64,000 nucleotides of DNA from Octopus vulgaris (GCA_951406725.2 OX597830.1:64542001-64606000), one strand, 5' to 3'. Positions 42,341 through 56,083 are shown, counted from the first letter of the stretch. Notes: generated from the letters alone by a model not told the origin. A program made the numbers and translations.

Positions 42341-42543
42341 AATCCAAACAAGAAAGCACAAAAAAACACAACAACTCGAGGACGTGGAACAAATATAGTA
42401 TTTGGACGCTCAGGAAAGAAGGAAAGAAGGAGGGTTCAAAGTTTCGAGCGGAGCTCTTCGTCGGAAACATAGGAGAAGGAAAGATCCAGAGAAGGGACGA
42501 CAGAGGAAAAAAAAAATCGCCAACGGTACACACGAGGTCACAT
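42340..42543 (-). mobile_element. PLE-like short repeat with variant hammerhead (42434-42468)
   Basis: Second copy at 57520-57710; minus strand reads gtttCCGACGAagagctccgctcGAAActTTgaac. Confidence 0.6.
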
Positions 42544-42821
42544 TTTATATGGTAAATGAAAGACGGAAGATGGAATACATGTGTGTGTGTGTGCGTGAAT
42601 TTTATAAACTTTCGAGAGAACACGAAATAATTCATTTTGGGTCTTTGGAACATTGGTTCTCGAGACACATTACATAAAGCTATAAATAATAGCGTATGAA
42701 TATTGAAAAAAACTTTCGGATAGAAAAATTCAAAGTCCAACGGGCATCGTTTGACTTTTCTATCATCTGCGACAGTTACTCAACCCATTCTTTAAATGTT
42801 ATTATTTATACCTTTATGAAG

Positions 42822-43035
42822 GACGGCGAGCTTAGAAAATCGTTAAGAGGCCGGGAAAAACACTTAACGGCACTTCTTTCGTCTTCACGTTCTGAGTTCA
42901 AATTCCACCGAGGTCGACTTTACTTTTAATCCCTTCGGGATCAATAAAATAAGCACCAGCAGATCACTGGGGTCGATGTAATCGACTTACCCGCTCTCTC
43001 GAAATCACTAGCCTTGTGCCAAAATTTTAAACCAT
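42822..43035 (+). mobile_element. SINE family C (tail 2)
   Basis: Head and core visible. Confidence 0.8.
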
Positions 43036-44046
43036 TAGTCATAGCTTTGTGTGATGCGCTTCGGGAACCATTGTTCCACATACACACACATACACTGTTA
43101 GGATGCTCTTGGACAATAACTCATTGGCACATTGAATATCCAAAATACGATAACTTTGTGAAGTTAATTCTCGACAATGGGTGTCTTCAGACTTTCAGAC
43201 CTTCTAGTACTGCATCGTTTGTTTCCCCGTGTTGTTTTACCCAATCTGTGAAGGTTTCGCGTATCAAAAACCATACCTATATATATTGTCCAAGTTCCTG
43301 CACTATTTAGGATAATTAGCCTAAATTTTAAGTGATACGTTATGTCTTTTGAAGTCTCCGTGTCATAATAAAAATTTCAGCTATAGTTAATTCCCTGTAT
43401 AATTTCCAGTTTATTAATTCCGGTTTATTACTTGTCCTATATACTTGGATATTATTTTTTGCTTAAGATTCTGTCCATCTGTGTTTATATCTACTCACTA
43501 ATAACCATGTTTTTGACATTTTTTTTACACATTTATACTTAGACATGGCATGTCTTTTATTATATCGATAATTTCTTCTAATTCCTCATTTTTGTCTATC
43601 AACAACTCTGTGTCCCCAAATCATGAACTAATCCACTGGCGGTGCCCCAGCATGGCTACAAACTGAGAGCTGAAACATATGAGAGAATAAAAGAATAATT
43701 ATAAATTAAAGAATTTCACAAACAAATGATGTATAGACATACATGATGGCCAATGCGCACCTGAGATTATGTATGTGTGTGTGTGAATGTATTTATGTAT
43801 GTATGTGTGTATGTATGTGTGTATGTATGTACGTATGTATGTATGTATGTATGTATGTATGTATGTATGTATGTATGTATGTATGTATGTATGTATGTAT
43901 GTATGTATGTATGTATGCATGAGTGTAATTATTTATATGTTTCTGCACTGTTTAGGATAATTAGCCTAAATTCAAAGCGCTACGTTATGTCTTTTGAAGT
44001 GAAGATCTTTCTCTGTCTCATAATAAAAATTTCAGCTATAGTTAAT

Positions 44047-44592
44047 ACACTTCCGAGTGCTACTGGTAACATGTAACCCAGTACAACCTGTTGCATGGTC
44101 GGGTCGTCAGCGACTAAACCGGCAACCCCACCAAGCTTGCTTGGTGAGGAGGGTGTTTATTGGACACCCTGCGGGATGAAAAACAATACCTCTCAAAGGG
44201 CGGAGGAACTCTTGAGAGTCAACGGCCATCCAATAAATGTCTTAAGGCTGGATCATGCGCGGGGATAGAAATAATCGGACTGAATACCCGATCGCGTGGT
44301 TAAACCATTGGGAGTGAAGGACTACTAGCCTTTGTTAGGGCATCCTTCTAGGAGAAGGTAACTCAGGTAACTGGGATAACTCCGACATAAAACCTGCGGC
44401 TCAGTGGTTACCGATGATGTTGACTTGTTCTTTTTTTCGGATTATGGCTGCTGTTGCTTAGCCAGTGGGATTGACTCAATGCACAGCCTTTCCTCACTTA
44501 AAGAGAATCTTCTTGCACAGGCATTGCACGATAACAACATTGATTAAGCTTCGCGCAATGGCCATACTCGATAACGAGGGGGCAGCCATCAT
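44047..44592 (+). mobile_element. non-autonomous RTE-derived element (5'-UTR-like body plus RTE tail)
   Basis: ctaggagaagg.aactc motif resembles RTE 5' UTRs; tail caatggccatactcgataacgagggggcagcc(atc) resembles the RTE tail at 58171-58212(-). Confidence 0.6.
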
Positions 44593-44664
44593 GTATGTAT
44601 GTATGTATGTATGTATGTATGTATGTATGTATGTATGTATGTATGTATGTATACTATCTCTTAG

Positions 44665-44860
44665 TCTGTTACTTGTTTCAGTCATTTCACTGCGGCCATA
44701 CTGGAGCACCGCTTTTAGTCGATAAAATTGACCCCAGGACTTATTCCTTGTAAGCCTAGAACTTATTCCATCGGTCAATTTTGCCGTACCGCTAAGTTAC
44801 GGGGGCGTAAACACACCAACATCGGTTGCCAAGAGAAAGTATGGTGACAAACTCAGGCAC
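44665..44860 (-). mobile_element. SINE family A 3' half
   Basis: ttacttgtttcagtcatt...gtaaacacaccaacatcggttg. Confidence 0.85.
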
Positions 44861-44911
44861 ACAAACATATGCATATATATGTATACATACATACATACAT
44901 ACATACATACA

Positions 44912-44980
<69 letters not shown>

Positions 44981-45372
44981 AGCGACTAATTTTATAGGTA
45001 GATACTTGGACACAATAGATGTATGTTCATACATGACGATCACCTTCGAAATTAAATGAATTACGGTTTAATGATATTAATTGCCATTACACGAAAGAAA
45101 GATTTCGAAGAAGACAAGGAGGCTACACAACAGGGTCATGACATACGCTAGAAATACCAGTCAACCATCGTTCAAATCACATACTTGGAAGAGTTGAATG
45201 AGAGAATGGAAACTATAAATAATGTAGTCCTACACACGACGGCCTCCACTCCGTAAAAAAGGGCTGGTGGTCTTGTCTGGAATGTCTTTGATCATAGGTC
45301 TACTGAATACGAGCTGACATGGAACGAAACCAAGTGTAAAGATAGCAACATTAAGAATTTACATGCGCCTAA

Positions 45373-45413
<41 letters not shown>

Positions 45414-45641
45414 AACACATACTCACACACACACATGTATATATGTGTATATATATAAATATAGGCGTATAATGATTCGTATAATGCATATACACATACA
45501 TGCACCCACTCACACACACACAAATATATGTTATATAATGTACGTTTGTATATATATATTTATACATATATATGTACGAATGTATATATGTATGTATACA
45601 CTCACACACAAACACACACGCGTGCTCATACACACATGTAA

Positions 45642-45793
<152 letters not shown>

Positions 45794-45814
45794 GTATATA
45801 TATATATGTATATA

Positions 45815-45955
45815 TATATACATAATGTACGTTTGTATATGTATATATATATAATGTACATTTGTATATGTATATATATATAATGTACATTTGTATATGT
45901 ATATATATATAATGTACATTTGTATATGTATATATATAATATACGTTTGTATGTA
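45815..45955. repeat. minisatellite of about 28-30 bp, (tatatatataatgtacatttgtatatg) x about 5
   Basis: Directly visible; palindromic core aatgtacatt. Confidence 0.8.
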
Positions 45956-46489
45956 TATATATATATATATACACACTCACACACAAGCATACACACATGC
46001 ATACACACACACACACGCACACACACACACACATACACACACACAAACACATACATATATCTCCGTACACATACACATAGCTTTATCGTGTCACTCTCAA
46101 TGAATTTCTCCAAGATGACAGAAACCCTGAAAAGATAATAGAGACAAACACCCAATTTCGGATAGAATCAAAGACATGGCGAATGGTTCTGTTTGTTTAT
46201 GTTTGTCTAAAATTATTTTGTAAGACATAGCAAACGTCCAATATTTTTCTTATTGTTATCTCATCAACATTCTTTGTGTGTGTATGTGTGTGCGTGTTTG
46301 TGTGTATATAAATGTAAGCATATGTATATACATATACATATATATAAAGGTATATATATATATACGTTTATATATTTGTTGTGCAAGATTTTTTTTATGC
46401 ATATATATATATATAGTTTATATATTTATATATATACATCCATACAGAGACCGATATATAGATAGATAGACAGACAGATAGATAGCAAG

Positions 46490-46562
<73 letters not shown>

Positions 46563-46724
46563 TACATAGCGAGTTAGAAAGTTATGTAGATAAATATCTA
46601 TGTAGATAGATAGATAGAGAGATAGAAGAATAAATAGGTATCGATAGATAGATGCACAGAAAAGTAGATAGATTTGATAGAGAGATAGTTAGAGAGATAG
46701 ATAGATCGATAGTTAGAGTCATAA

Positions 46725-46802
<78 letters not shown>

Positions 46803-46809
46803 GGATACG

Positions 46810-47215
46810 CAGGCGTGGGTGTGTATTGAAAAAGTTTGCTTTATATCTACGTCGCTGCAAGTTCGGTTCCCTTGCGCAGCACCTTAGACAAGTACCTTGG
46901 TCTGTAGAACCTCGGGGTGGACAAATGCCCTAAGAGCAAATTTGCTAGATCGGAAATTGTGGGGATGCTCACATGGTATATGTACACAGAACCCCCCCCA
47001 CATATATATATATATATATGCATTTTTCTTTCACTTCTCGAAAACCGGTGTTGGTCTGTTGCCCAGCTCGTAACATAGCAGCTCGGCCAAAAGCTGCAAT
47101 AGAACAAGTACCAGGCTACCCTACACCCAAAATCTAAATAAGACGAATTCTTTAACAGTGAAAACCTTTCAAGGGGGTACCCTAGCGTGACCGCAGTCAA
47201 GCAACTAACGCAGCT
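46810..47215 (+). mobile_element. highly diverged SINE family A
   Basis: cgcaggcgtgggtgtg...gttcggttccc...; tail gggtaccctagcgtgaccgcagtcaa. Confidence 0.6.
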
Positions 47216-47522
47216 AATACTATGCATATGTATATATGTATATATACTTCTCTTTCTTCATCTCTTTATTCCTTTTCTCCTGTCCCCTGCGTCGTCAGTT
47301 CACTAATCTATACCTTTCTCAATTTTCCTATTTCTCTCCCGTAATGGAATATCCCATACTCCGGCATATCCCAGAAACAGCTGTAGAAGTGGTTTTTTTT
47401 TTTCCAGTAATAATAATGCTTATGACTTGAGACGTTTATGTCTTGCCTTAACGTTTGTTGTTCTCCTTAACAATTATATACATGTGTGTGTGTGTGTATG
47501 TGTGCATATGTACATATATATA

Positions 47523-47684
47523 TAGGAGCAGGAGTGGCTGTGTGGTAAGTAGCTTGCTAACCAACTACATGGTTCCAGGTTCAGTCCCACTGCGTGGCAC
47601 TTTGGGCAATGTCTTCTACTATAGCCTCGGTCCGACCAAAGCTTTGTGAGTGGATTTGGTAGACGGAAACTGAAAGAATCCCGT

Positions 47685-47722
<38 letters not shown>

Positions 47723-47723
47723 C

Positions 47724-47760
<37 letters not shown>

Positions 47761-47950
47761 TGTGTGTGTGTGTATGTATGTTTGTTTGTCTGTGTTTACG
47801 TCCCCGTAACTTAGCGCTTCGGCAAAAGAGACCGATAGAATAAGTACTAGGCTTACAAAGAATAAGTCCTGGGGTCAATTTGCTCGACTAAAGGCGGTGC
47901 TCCAGCATGACCACGGTCAAATTACTGAAATAATTGAAAGAGTAAAATAG
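47523..47950 (+). mobile_element. SINE family A
   Basis: Full head and tail. Confidence 0.9.
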
Positions 47951-48033
47951 AGATATGCATACATACGTATACACACACACACACACACGCACACACACAC
48001 ACACATACACACACACACACACACATGTTCGTA

Positions 48034-48315
48034 GGCTGTCCGTTCGAGCGGACTATACTGCGACTTTTTAACCCCCAAGCGTTTGAAATATATATATATA
48101 TTGCATGCAGAAGCGAGCTGCCATCATCTCTTGCAGACGAAATGTCCAGTATTAAGGAGTGGCAGAAATAGCCCGAAACCAGGACAGGTCTGCTGGTCCC
48201 GTTGCTAGGAGATTATAGGAGTTCGCTCCTTCGCTCGCAAGTTTATCGGAGGCAGCTGTGGAGATGTTTTCTTGGGGGTTAAAATTCGCAGTGGAGTCGG
48301 CTCGAAAGGACAGCC
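48034..48315. mobile_element. 282-bp MITE with TIRs of about 46 bp
   Basis: ggctgtccgttcgagcggactatactgcgactttttaacccccaag versus reverse complement ggctgtcctttcgagccgactccactgcgaattttaacccccaag. A related single end lies at 62236-62285. TSD unclear. Confidence 0.85.
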
Positions 48316-48398
48316 ATGTCAAAGTGGCTACGAATATTACTTGTCAGTAGAACTACTGCGTTGATCTCTTTAGAGGGATTTTTAGAACTAGCGTTTTG

Positions 48399-48429
<31 letters not shown>

Positions 48430-48498
48430 GCGTTTGTCTTCCACGACTTCATGGCGATACTGTGTTCGAAACATTAATTTATTGTCTGTATAAGACGA

Positions 48499-48625
<127 letters not shown>

Positions 48626-48873
48626 ATATCTATCTATCTATCTAAGTATATATCTATCTATACATATATATATATATATATACATACACACACACACACA
48701 CACACCTTATATATATATATACATATATATATATATACATATATACATATACATACATATATATATACATATATATATATATACGTATATTTATATATAT
48801 ATTCATATATATATGTATATATATACATATATATATATATATATTCATATATATATGTATATATATATATATG

Positions 48874-48939
<66 letters not shown>

Positions 48940-48968
48940 AATACAAACATACACATATATAACTATTA

Positions 48969-49027
<59 letters not shown>

Positions 49028-49513
49028 CACACAGACATATACGTGTATATATATATACACATATATATCTAAGCATACACAACAACGCATACATAGCGAC
49101 AGAGGAGCATTCCGCCAATATTCTTCGTAACTGGAAGCCATTCAGATCGGATTCCGTACAACTGTACCCTCTTAATAACTCCTTCTATGTTATTCTTTCA
49201 ATAATTTGCATCGCAGAGGATTTTATTTCACGGTACCTTCATGCCGTATTGGAAACGAGGGAGACATTTGTCAACAGCTGAAGACAATGTAGGTCACATT
49301 CTTGACATAGTGTTCACATAACAGACAATTATTGTCTCATCATGGTGATCAACATATTTTCGACGTTGTAAGTAGATAGGAACGGACGAGAGGAAGATGG
49401 GAGCATACGCATTTATTATCTACAAATTATGTGTGTGTGTGTGTCAGTGTGTATATTTGTGTGTGCATGCTTATGTGTGAGAGGTTTGTATATACTATCT
49501 CTCTCTCTTTCCT

Positions 49514-49558
<45 letters not shown>

Positions 49559-49654
49559 ATGTATCTATGTATCTATCTATCTATCTATCTGTCTGTCTAT
49601 CTGTCTATCTGTCTGTCTATCTGTCTATCTGTCTGTCTGTCTGTCTGTCTGTCA

Positions 49655-49719
<65 letters not shown>

Positions 49720-49721
49720 AG

Positions 49722-49830
<109 letters not shown>

Positions 49831-50484
49831 GTCTGTCTATCTGTCTGAAACATATGTATGTATGTATGTATGTATCTATCTATCTATTTCTATCTGTATC
49901 ATATATACAGTTGTATATATGAAAGTGTCTATGTATGTAAATACATATATACGTATACATACATACACATATATGTGCGTGTGTCTGTGTGTATGTATGT
50001 GCGAGTGTCCATGTGCATGCAAACACATACATACACAGACACACAGACAAACGTATATTTATGAATATATTTATATGTATGCTTACACACGCACACACTC
50101 ACGTCCATACACACACATATATATTTATACACCTACACACACATACCACACACACATACCACACACACACACACACTCACACACACACACACACACACAC
50201 ACATATGCATTCACATAGACATACCTACATCAGATATCAATGATTAAATGAATGAAAGTATAGACTAGTCTTCTACGTGTATGTTACTCCACTATGTGTT
50301 AACGCGTTTTCTGCAGTTATGAATCGTGAGCTCACAGCAACGTTGAGATGGAACGCAATTAACCCGAGTTACACGAGCGAAAACTGGTGTTTCTATATTC
50401 CAGGACATCATGGTAGGTAGAAAACAATTGCACAGTTCTCACTAGTCCTGTGTAGCGTTTCCACGCGCATGTATAAAATACAGG

Positions 50485-50990
50485 TAGTTTTTTTTATCGA
50501 ACTCGAAAGGAAGAAAGGCGAAGTTGACCTCGGCACAATTTGAACTCATAAGGTAAATAAACGAAAAATAGTGCCACAAAGTATATTTTCTGGCTTAACG
50601 ATTCTGCCGGAACGCCATGGTTTCAAATTTTTGCACAAGATGAGCAAAATCAGAGGTGGGTGGGTAAATTGATTCCACGAATCCCAATGTTCAACTGGTA
50701 CTTATTTTACCGGCCTCGAAAGGATGTAAGGCAAACACGACACCAACGGAATTTGAACTCAGAACGTAAAGACGGACGAAATGTCGCTAGATATTTCGCT
50801 CGGCGTCCTGACGATTCTGCCAGCTTTCCGCCAATAATGATAATGGTAATTTCTGATTCAGGCACACGATCGGCAGTTTTGAGTGGAGGGAATAAGAAGG
50901 CACTATGGTCTGGTACTTTAATTTCTTATCCATCGAAAGGATGAAAGGCGAAATTGGCGTTGGCGTGATTTGATCTCAGAACGTAGAAAG
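50485..50990 (-). mobile_element. three degenerate SINE family C copies
   Basis: Repeated gaaaggatg.aaggc.aa...atttgaactcagaacgta motif. Confidence 0.7.
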
Positions 50991-51157
50991 GCCGAATAAA
51001 TATCAAAGTAGTTGGCTTGTTAGCAATTTAAAAACCCAAAGGCAAATTTATAGACGTCACTAAAGTGACAGCGGGTACAAAGTGGTACCAGAATTGCTAG
51101 AAATAAGAGTCAAAACGACTAATTAGCCACAAAGGCACTATCTTGCTAAGTATACAG

Positions 51158-51188
<31 letters not shown>

Positions 51189-51213
51189 AATATAATCAAG
51201 TAAAGGTAATAAA

Positions 51214-51278
51214 CTATCTGGGAAGAGATTCATTTTATAATGGTTATAAATATTTCTGAATCGAAACAGCTGTCAGAG
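51214..51278 (+). ncRNA. hammerhead motif with disrupted core
   Basis: ctat CTGggAAGA gattca...tgaatc GAAA cagctg TC agag; 6-bp helix II, palindromic helix III. Confidence 0.55.
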
Positions 51279-51394
51279 ATGTTGTCATATTTTATAATCA
51301 ATAAATAATGTTATTAATTACCTTTCCATTTTCTCCTTATGTATGCATCTATCTATTTATCTGTGCGTGTATGTGTGTGTGTGTTTGTGTGTCA

Positions 51395-51631
51395 GTGTGT
51401 AGTAAGAAGCTCGCTTTACAACAACGTGATTTCGGGTTCAGTCCCACTGTACTCCACATTGGGCAAGTTTCTTCTATAATAGCTTCAGGAAGACCAGTGC
51501 TGTATGAGTGAATTTCGTAGACAGAAATTGCGTGGAAGCTCGTCGTGGAAGCTCTACTTGTACGCATGTGTGTGTGTGTGTTTGTCCGTGCTTTTGTGCT
51601 TGTCTTTGTCCTTACTTCTCTGTATAAGACG

Positions 51632-51669
<38 letters not shown>

Positions 51670-51880
51670 GCTTGATAACCTGTGTTGGCTTGTTTATTTA
51701 TGTCAGCGTAAATTAGCGGTTTGGTAAAGGAGAGCGATAGAAATAGTACCAGACTTATTAAAGAAAAAAATAAATAAACATTGGGGATCGATTTGCTCGA
51801 CTGATAAACTTTTGATTGGGTTGCTCCATCATGGCCGTAGTCCAATGGCTGAAACATGTAAAAAAATAAAGATTAAAGAA
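51395..51880 (+). mobile_element. diverged SINE family A
   Basis: gggttcagtcccactg...; tail gctccatcatggccgtagtccaatggctgaaac. Confidence 0.75.
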
Positions 51881-51999
51881 AGATTAATTACAATCCACAT
51901 AATATCTGGGTATACAAGATATATAAATACGTGCAGGCGGACGCACACAGAATATCTATGCATATATGTACGTTGCATATATATATACATTCGTATATA

Positions 52000-52089
<90 letters not shown>

Positions 52090-52151
52090 GATGTATATGT
52101 ATATATATCTCTATTTGTATGTAAATATGTATGTATATATACACACACACG

Positions 52152-52213
<62 letters not shown>

Positions 52214-52294
52214 ATAATAATATTAGGGAGTATAACTCCAAACTTACAGGGAAAATTCAATTTAGTATTAAATCAAATTTCACAGTATAAATAC

Positions 52295-52504
52295 ATAAAA
52301 TATAAATTAGAGATAAAACCATTATCATGCAACTCAAACAGTGCTTTTACATATTATATTATATATTTATCATTCATTTTATACTTTTTGAGTTCTAGTT
52401 ATAAGTTATATATTAAAAAACAAATTAGATATATATATTGGTTATTTATGTATTGGTTTATGTCTATCACTGTTTGAGTTGCATGATAGTGGTTTTATTT
52501 CTAA

Positions 52505-52516
<12 letters not shown>
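52295..52516. repeat. inverted repeat, 49-bp arms (52295-52343 and 52468-52516), partial third copy at 52577-52598
   Basis: ataaaatataaattagagataaaaccattatcatgcaactcaaacagtg is mirrored with 2 mismatches. Confidence 0.9.
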
Positions 52517-52549
<33 letters not shown>

Positions 52550-52598
52550 ATAAAATATTATGTTCGATTTGCCTAATAGTGGTTTTATCTCTAATTTA

Positions 52599-52653
<55 letters not shown>

Positions 52654-52657
52654 GTAT

Positions 52658-52711
<54 letters not shown>

Positions 52712-52735
52712 GTATGTTTATATATATATATATAT

Positions 52736-52779
<44 letters not shown>

Positions 52780-53374
52780 TAGAGCGACATTGCAACTCTA
52801 TACTGGACAGCCCAGTTCTTACAGACAGAGAAATGAAAGATAATCACTCAAATACTGTTATCAATAATCATCACTAGGAAAGAATTAACGAGCCATTGGA
52901 GATATATCAATCGCAGCAGACTGCAGACTATCGGTGAAATTGTTAAAATGCAAACATCTATAAAGTTCAAAAGTAGCAGACGACAATTATATCTACGAAC
53001 AGAGAGATATGAAGTAAGAAATTTCCATAATAATAGGTATGCTTGGATTGATAAGGAAACGTAGACATACGGAGAACAAGAAAATGGCTAGGAACTCCAT
53101 TGATATTCATATAGTTTGCATTATGTTAAAATTACTGGCGACTGTGATTGGTATGTTTTCAGTATTTTTAGAAATACTCATAATGGTTTCACATTTTGGT
53201 AAAAGGTCAGATGATTTTGGGGAAGTTCTCAACCGGTATTCTCAGTCGGTACTTATGAATGAAAGGATGAAGTCTAGGCAGAATTTCAACTCAGAACGTA
53301 AAGAGTCGGACGGAATATCGCTAAGTACTTTGTCCGGCGTGCTAACGATTCTGCCAGCTAATAATGATAATAAT

Positions 53375-53711
53375 AATAAGTGCACTCAGAGAGCAACACC
53401 AATGTCTTCTCAACGATTAGCCGGAGATGATTTTTTAAAAATGAGAATATCTGAAATAAACTCGTCTGCTCTCATAAATGAGAATATTAAAAATGAACCA
53501 CTTTCAAAAATTAAGTAAAAAAAAAAACGGAAAAATAATCCAGAATCCTTGTCTGGTAATCGATCGATCCCCAAATCTAATTAGTTCGTACCAGTCACGA
53601 GGCCGAACATCCCTGAAAGTTTCAACCGAATCCATCCAGCGGCTCTTGAAATATCTTGTCCACGGACAAACAAACACGACTGAAAACAATACCTCCGCCT
53701 TAGCGAAGGCG

Positions 53712-53717
<6 letters not shown>
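53375..53717 (+). mobile_element. DINE-1/HINE-like non-autonomous Helentron
   Basis: Starts aataag; contains a gacaaacaaac microsatellite and gaaaacaatac; terminal hairpin ctccgcctt-agcg-aaggcggag; sits in AAT runs with no TSD. Confidence 0.65.
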
Positions 53718-53751
<34 letters not shown>

Positions 53752-53821
53752 TAATAATAATAATGATGATGATGATGATGATGACGATGATGATGATAAT
53801 TATATGTATATATATATATAC

Positions 53822-54515
53822 AGACACGACAGTGTAAGCAGTTATATCCACTGGACAATATGCCAACATTACAAGATCAAATTAACAATAGGTGGTATAA
53901 GCATGTGCCAAGTAAAGTCCAAGACGACAATCATCTGTGATATGTTGGTTCAAACCGACAAAGAAATAAAAGCTAATCGCCCAGACATGACAGTCAAATA
54001 TTGAAGACAGACACCTGCTTACTGATAGACATTGCAGTCCCTTCTGATGAAAGTATTGTCAGAAAAGAAGTTGAGAAATTGTCAAAGTACAAAGACCTCG
54101 AAATTGAAGTATTCAAAATGTGAGGCCTGATGGCAAAGACAATCCCAATAATAATCGTAGCACTGGGCATGATAAAAGAACATATAAACAAAAATACAGA
54201 AGCTATACTTAGATCCTTAACCCTACACAGTGTTCAAAATATAGCCCTGCTGGTAACAACCCACATCCTACGCAAGATACTATCAATCCAATAAATACAA
54301 TCTAAACAAAACAGCCGACAAAGACCAGACACACACCATACCGCATTTACCCAGTAAAATAAACTTCCACCAGAAAGCTAGAACACCAAATCATTATACA
54401 TTCAACACATAATACAAATAGTAACACAACAAAAGACTGAACTACACCTTAAGAGAAAAAATAACTAACACAATACAGTAACAGGAACAGGTTTCACACT
54501 CCCAACAGCAGAAAA
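53822..54515 (+). mobile_element. decayed R4/Dong-clade LINE 3' fragment
   Basis: RHDSVSSYIHWTICQHY...ANRPD...LLIDIAVP...EKLSKYKDL...IPIIIVALG, with stops and frameshifts. Confidence 0.85.
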
Positions 54516-54872
54516 GAAGACGCTTGCCGAAGGTGTCACGCAGTTGGACTGAACCCGGAACCATGTGGTTGGTAAGCCAGGTACTTACGCCTACATGCGT
54601 AATAACTTTAAACTTTGCTATGAATAAAGAATCTCGTGAACTGCATTTTCTCTTTCTTTCATTTGCTGGAAAGTTCCTTGTTTTGGGTAAAAGAAAATAC
54701 AGGAAGATTAGTTAATTATGATTTTATTCAACAAAATGTCTTCTCAAATTCACGCACTCTTTGCAACTGTCCTTCTGTTTTTCTAAGCCCTGTAAAAGAA
54801 CTCGAAATCTAGGTCCTCCAACCAAGCCTTTCGCGATACCATTAAAACTAGGAACATTTCAGCACCCCGTAC

Positions 54873-54903
<31 letters not shown>

Positions 54904-54920
54904 GTGTGTGTGTGTGTGTG

Positions 54921-56032
54921 TTTTGTTTTTTATTTTTATTTTTACCGTTATTGTTTTTACGTTTTTGTATTCTTATTGGTGTCACGTATTCTGTATTTTT
55001 GTTCGTGTACTTCGTTCGTTTTCCGTCCTCGTGTTGTATACATTCGAAGCTTTCTTCCAGGGGATCTAATGCGCTTGGCTTAGATTTCCCTTGGCGGGCT
55101 GCCCAAATCGGAGCAATCTCAAGATTAATCAGCCGAAATTGCTAAGATGATCTGGTTCTTGACTGATGACTGAGGGCTTCGAATGTCCCGTCCTGTGGTT
55201 CTTGTGTCGTCTCTATGGTGTTTCATGTTCTTGTCCATGTCTGTAATTATTTTTACTGTTTACATATATAATCGGCGGCTACGTATCCACAATTGTCCTT
55301 ATACGATAAGTATATTTTTTCTCTAGCATTGATACGACTCTTGATCTGTCTCTTTCTCTCTCTCTCTCTCCTCCCTTATTCCCCTTCCTTTCTTTCCCTC
55401 TCCATCCGTCTTTCCCCCCCTTCTACGTTTCTCTATCTCTCTCACCTCCAGTCCCTTCGATCTGTCTCTTTCTTCTCCTCCCTCGTCCACCTTCTCTCTC
55501 TTTTCATCTGTCCCTTTCTCCTGTCTTTTGTTCTCACGTGACCGCTAGCCACTGCTGAGCGGTCTTTTCGTTCCAGCTGTCGCCGAAGCAACACGTATTT
55601 GTTCGTCTCCCTGCGGCCATTAGGCACAACTTCATAAGCCAGCCCTAAACTCAACTCGTCCTGTCGAAAGACCCTTGTCCTACGTCCTGGTTTTGTTTTG
55701 TTTTTTATTTTTTATTTTTACCGTTATTGTTTTTACGTTTTTGTATTCTTATTGGTGTCACGTATTCTGTATTTTTGTTCGTGTACTTCGTTCGTTTTCC
55801 GTCCTCGTGTTGTATACATTCGAAGCTTTCTTCCAGGGGATCTAATGCGCTTGGCTTAGATTTCCCTTGGCGGGCTGCCCAAATCGGAGCAATCTCAAGA
55901 TTAATCAGCCGAAATTGCTAAGATGATCTGGTTCTTGACTGATGACTGAGGGCTTCGAATGTCCCGTCCTGTGGTTCTTGTGTCGTCTCTGTGGTGTTTC
56001 ATGTTCTTGTCCATGTCTGTAATTATTTTTAC

Positions 56033-56040
<8 letters not shown>
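54921..56040 (+). mobile_element. partial-tandem non-coding element: 345-bp direct repeats (54921-55264, 55696-56040), period about 776 bp
   Basis: The two copies differ by about one substitution and one T-run indel; bounded by (TG)/(TA)n. Confidence 0.85.

Positions 56041-56083
<43 letters not shown>

Noticed and set aside
49217-49321. Acceptor-like site followed by RILFHGT (PARP-like motif)
   Set aside because: Stop after about 34 codons and no further PARP similarity.
55163-55192. CTGATGA...GAAT...GTC read as a canonical hammerhead
   Set aside because: A15.1 is missing and helices I and II do not pair in this register.
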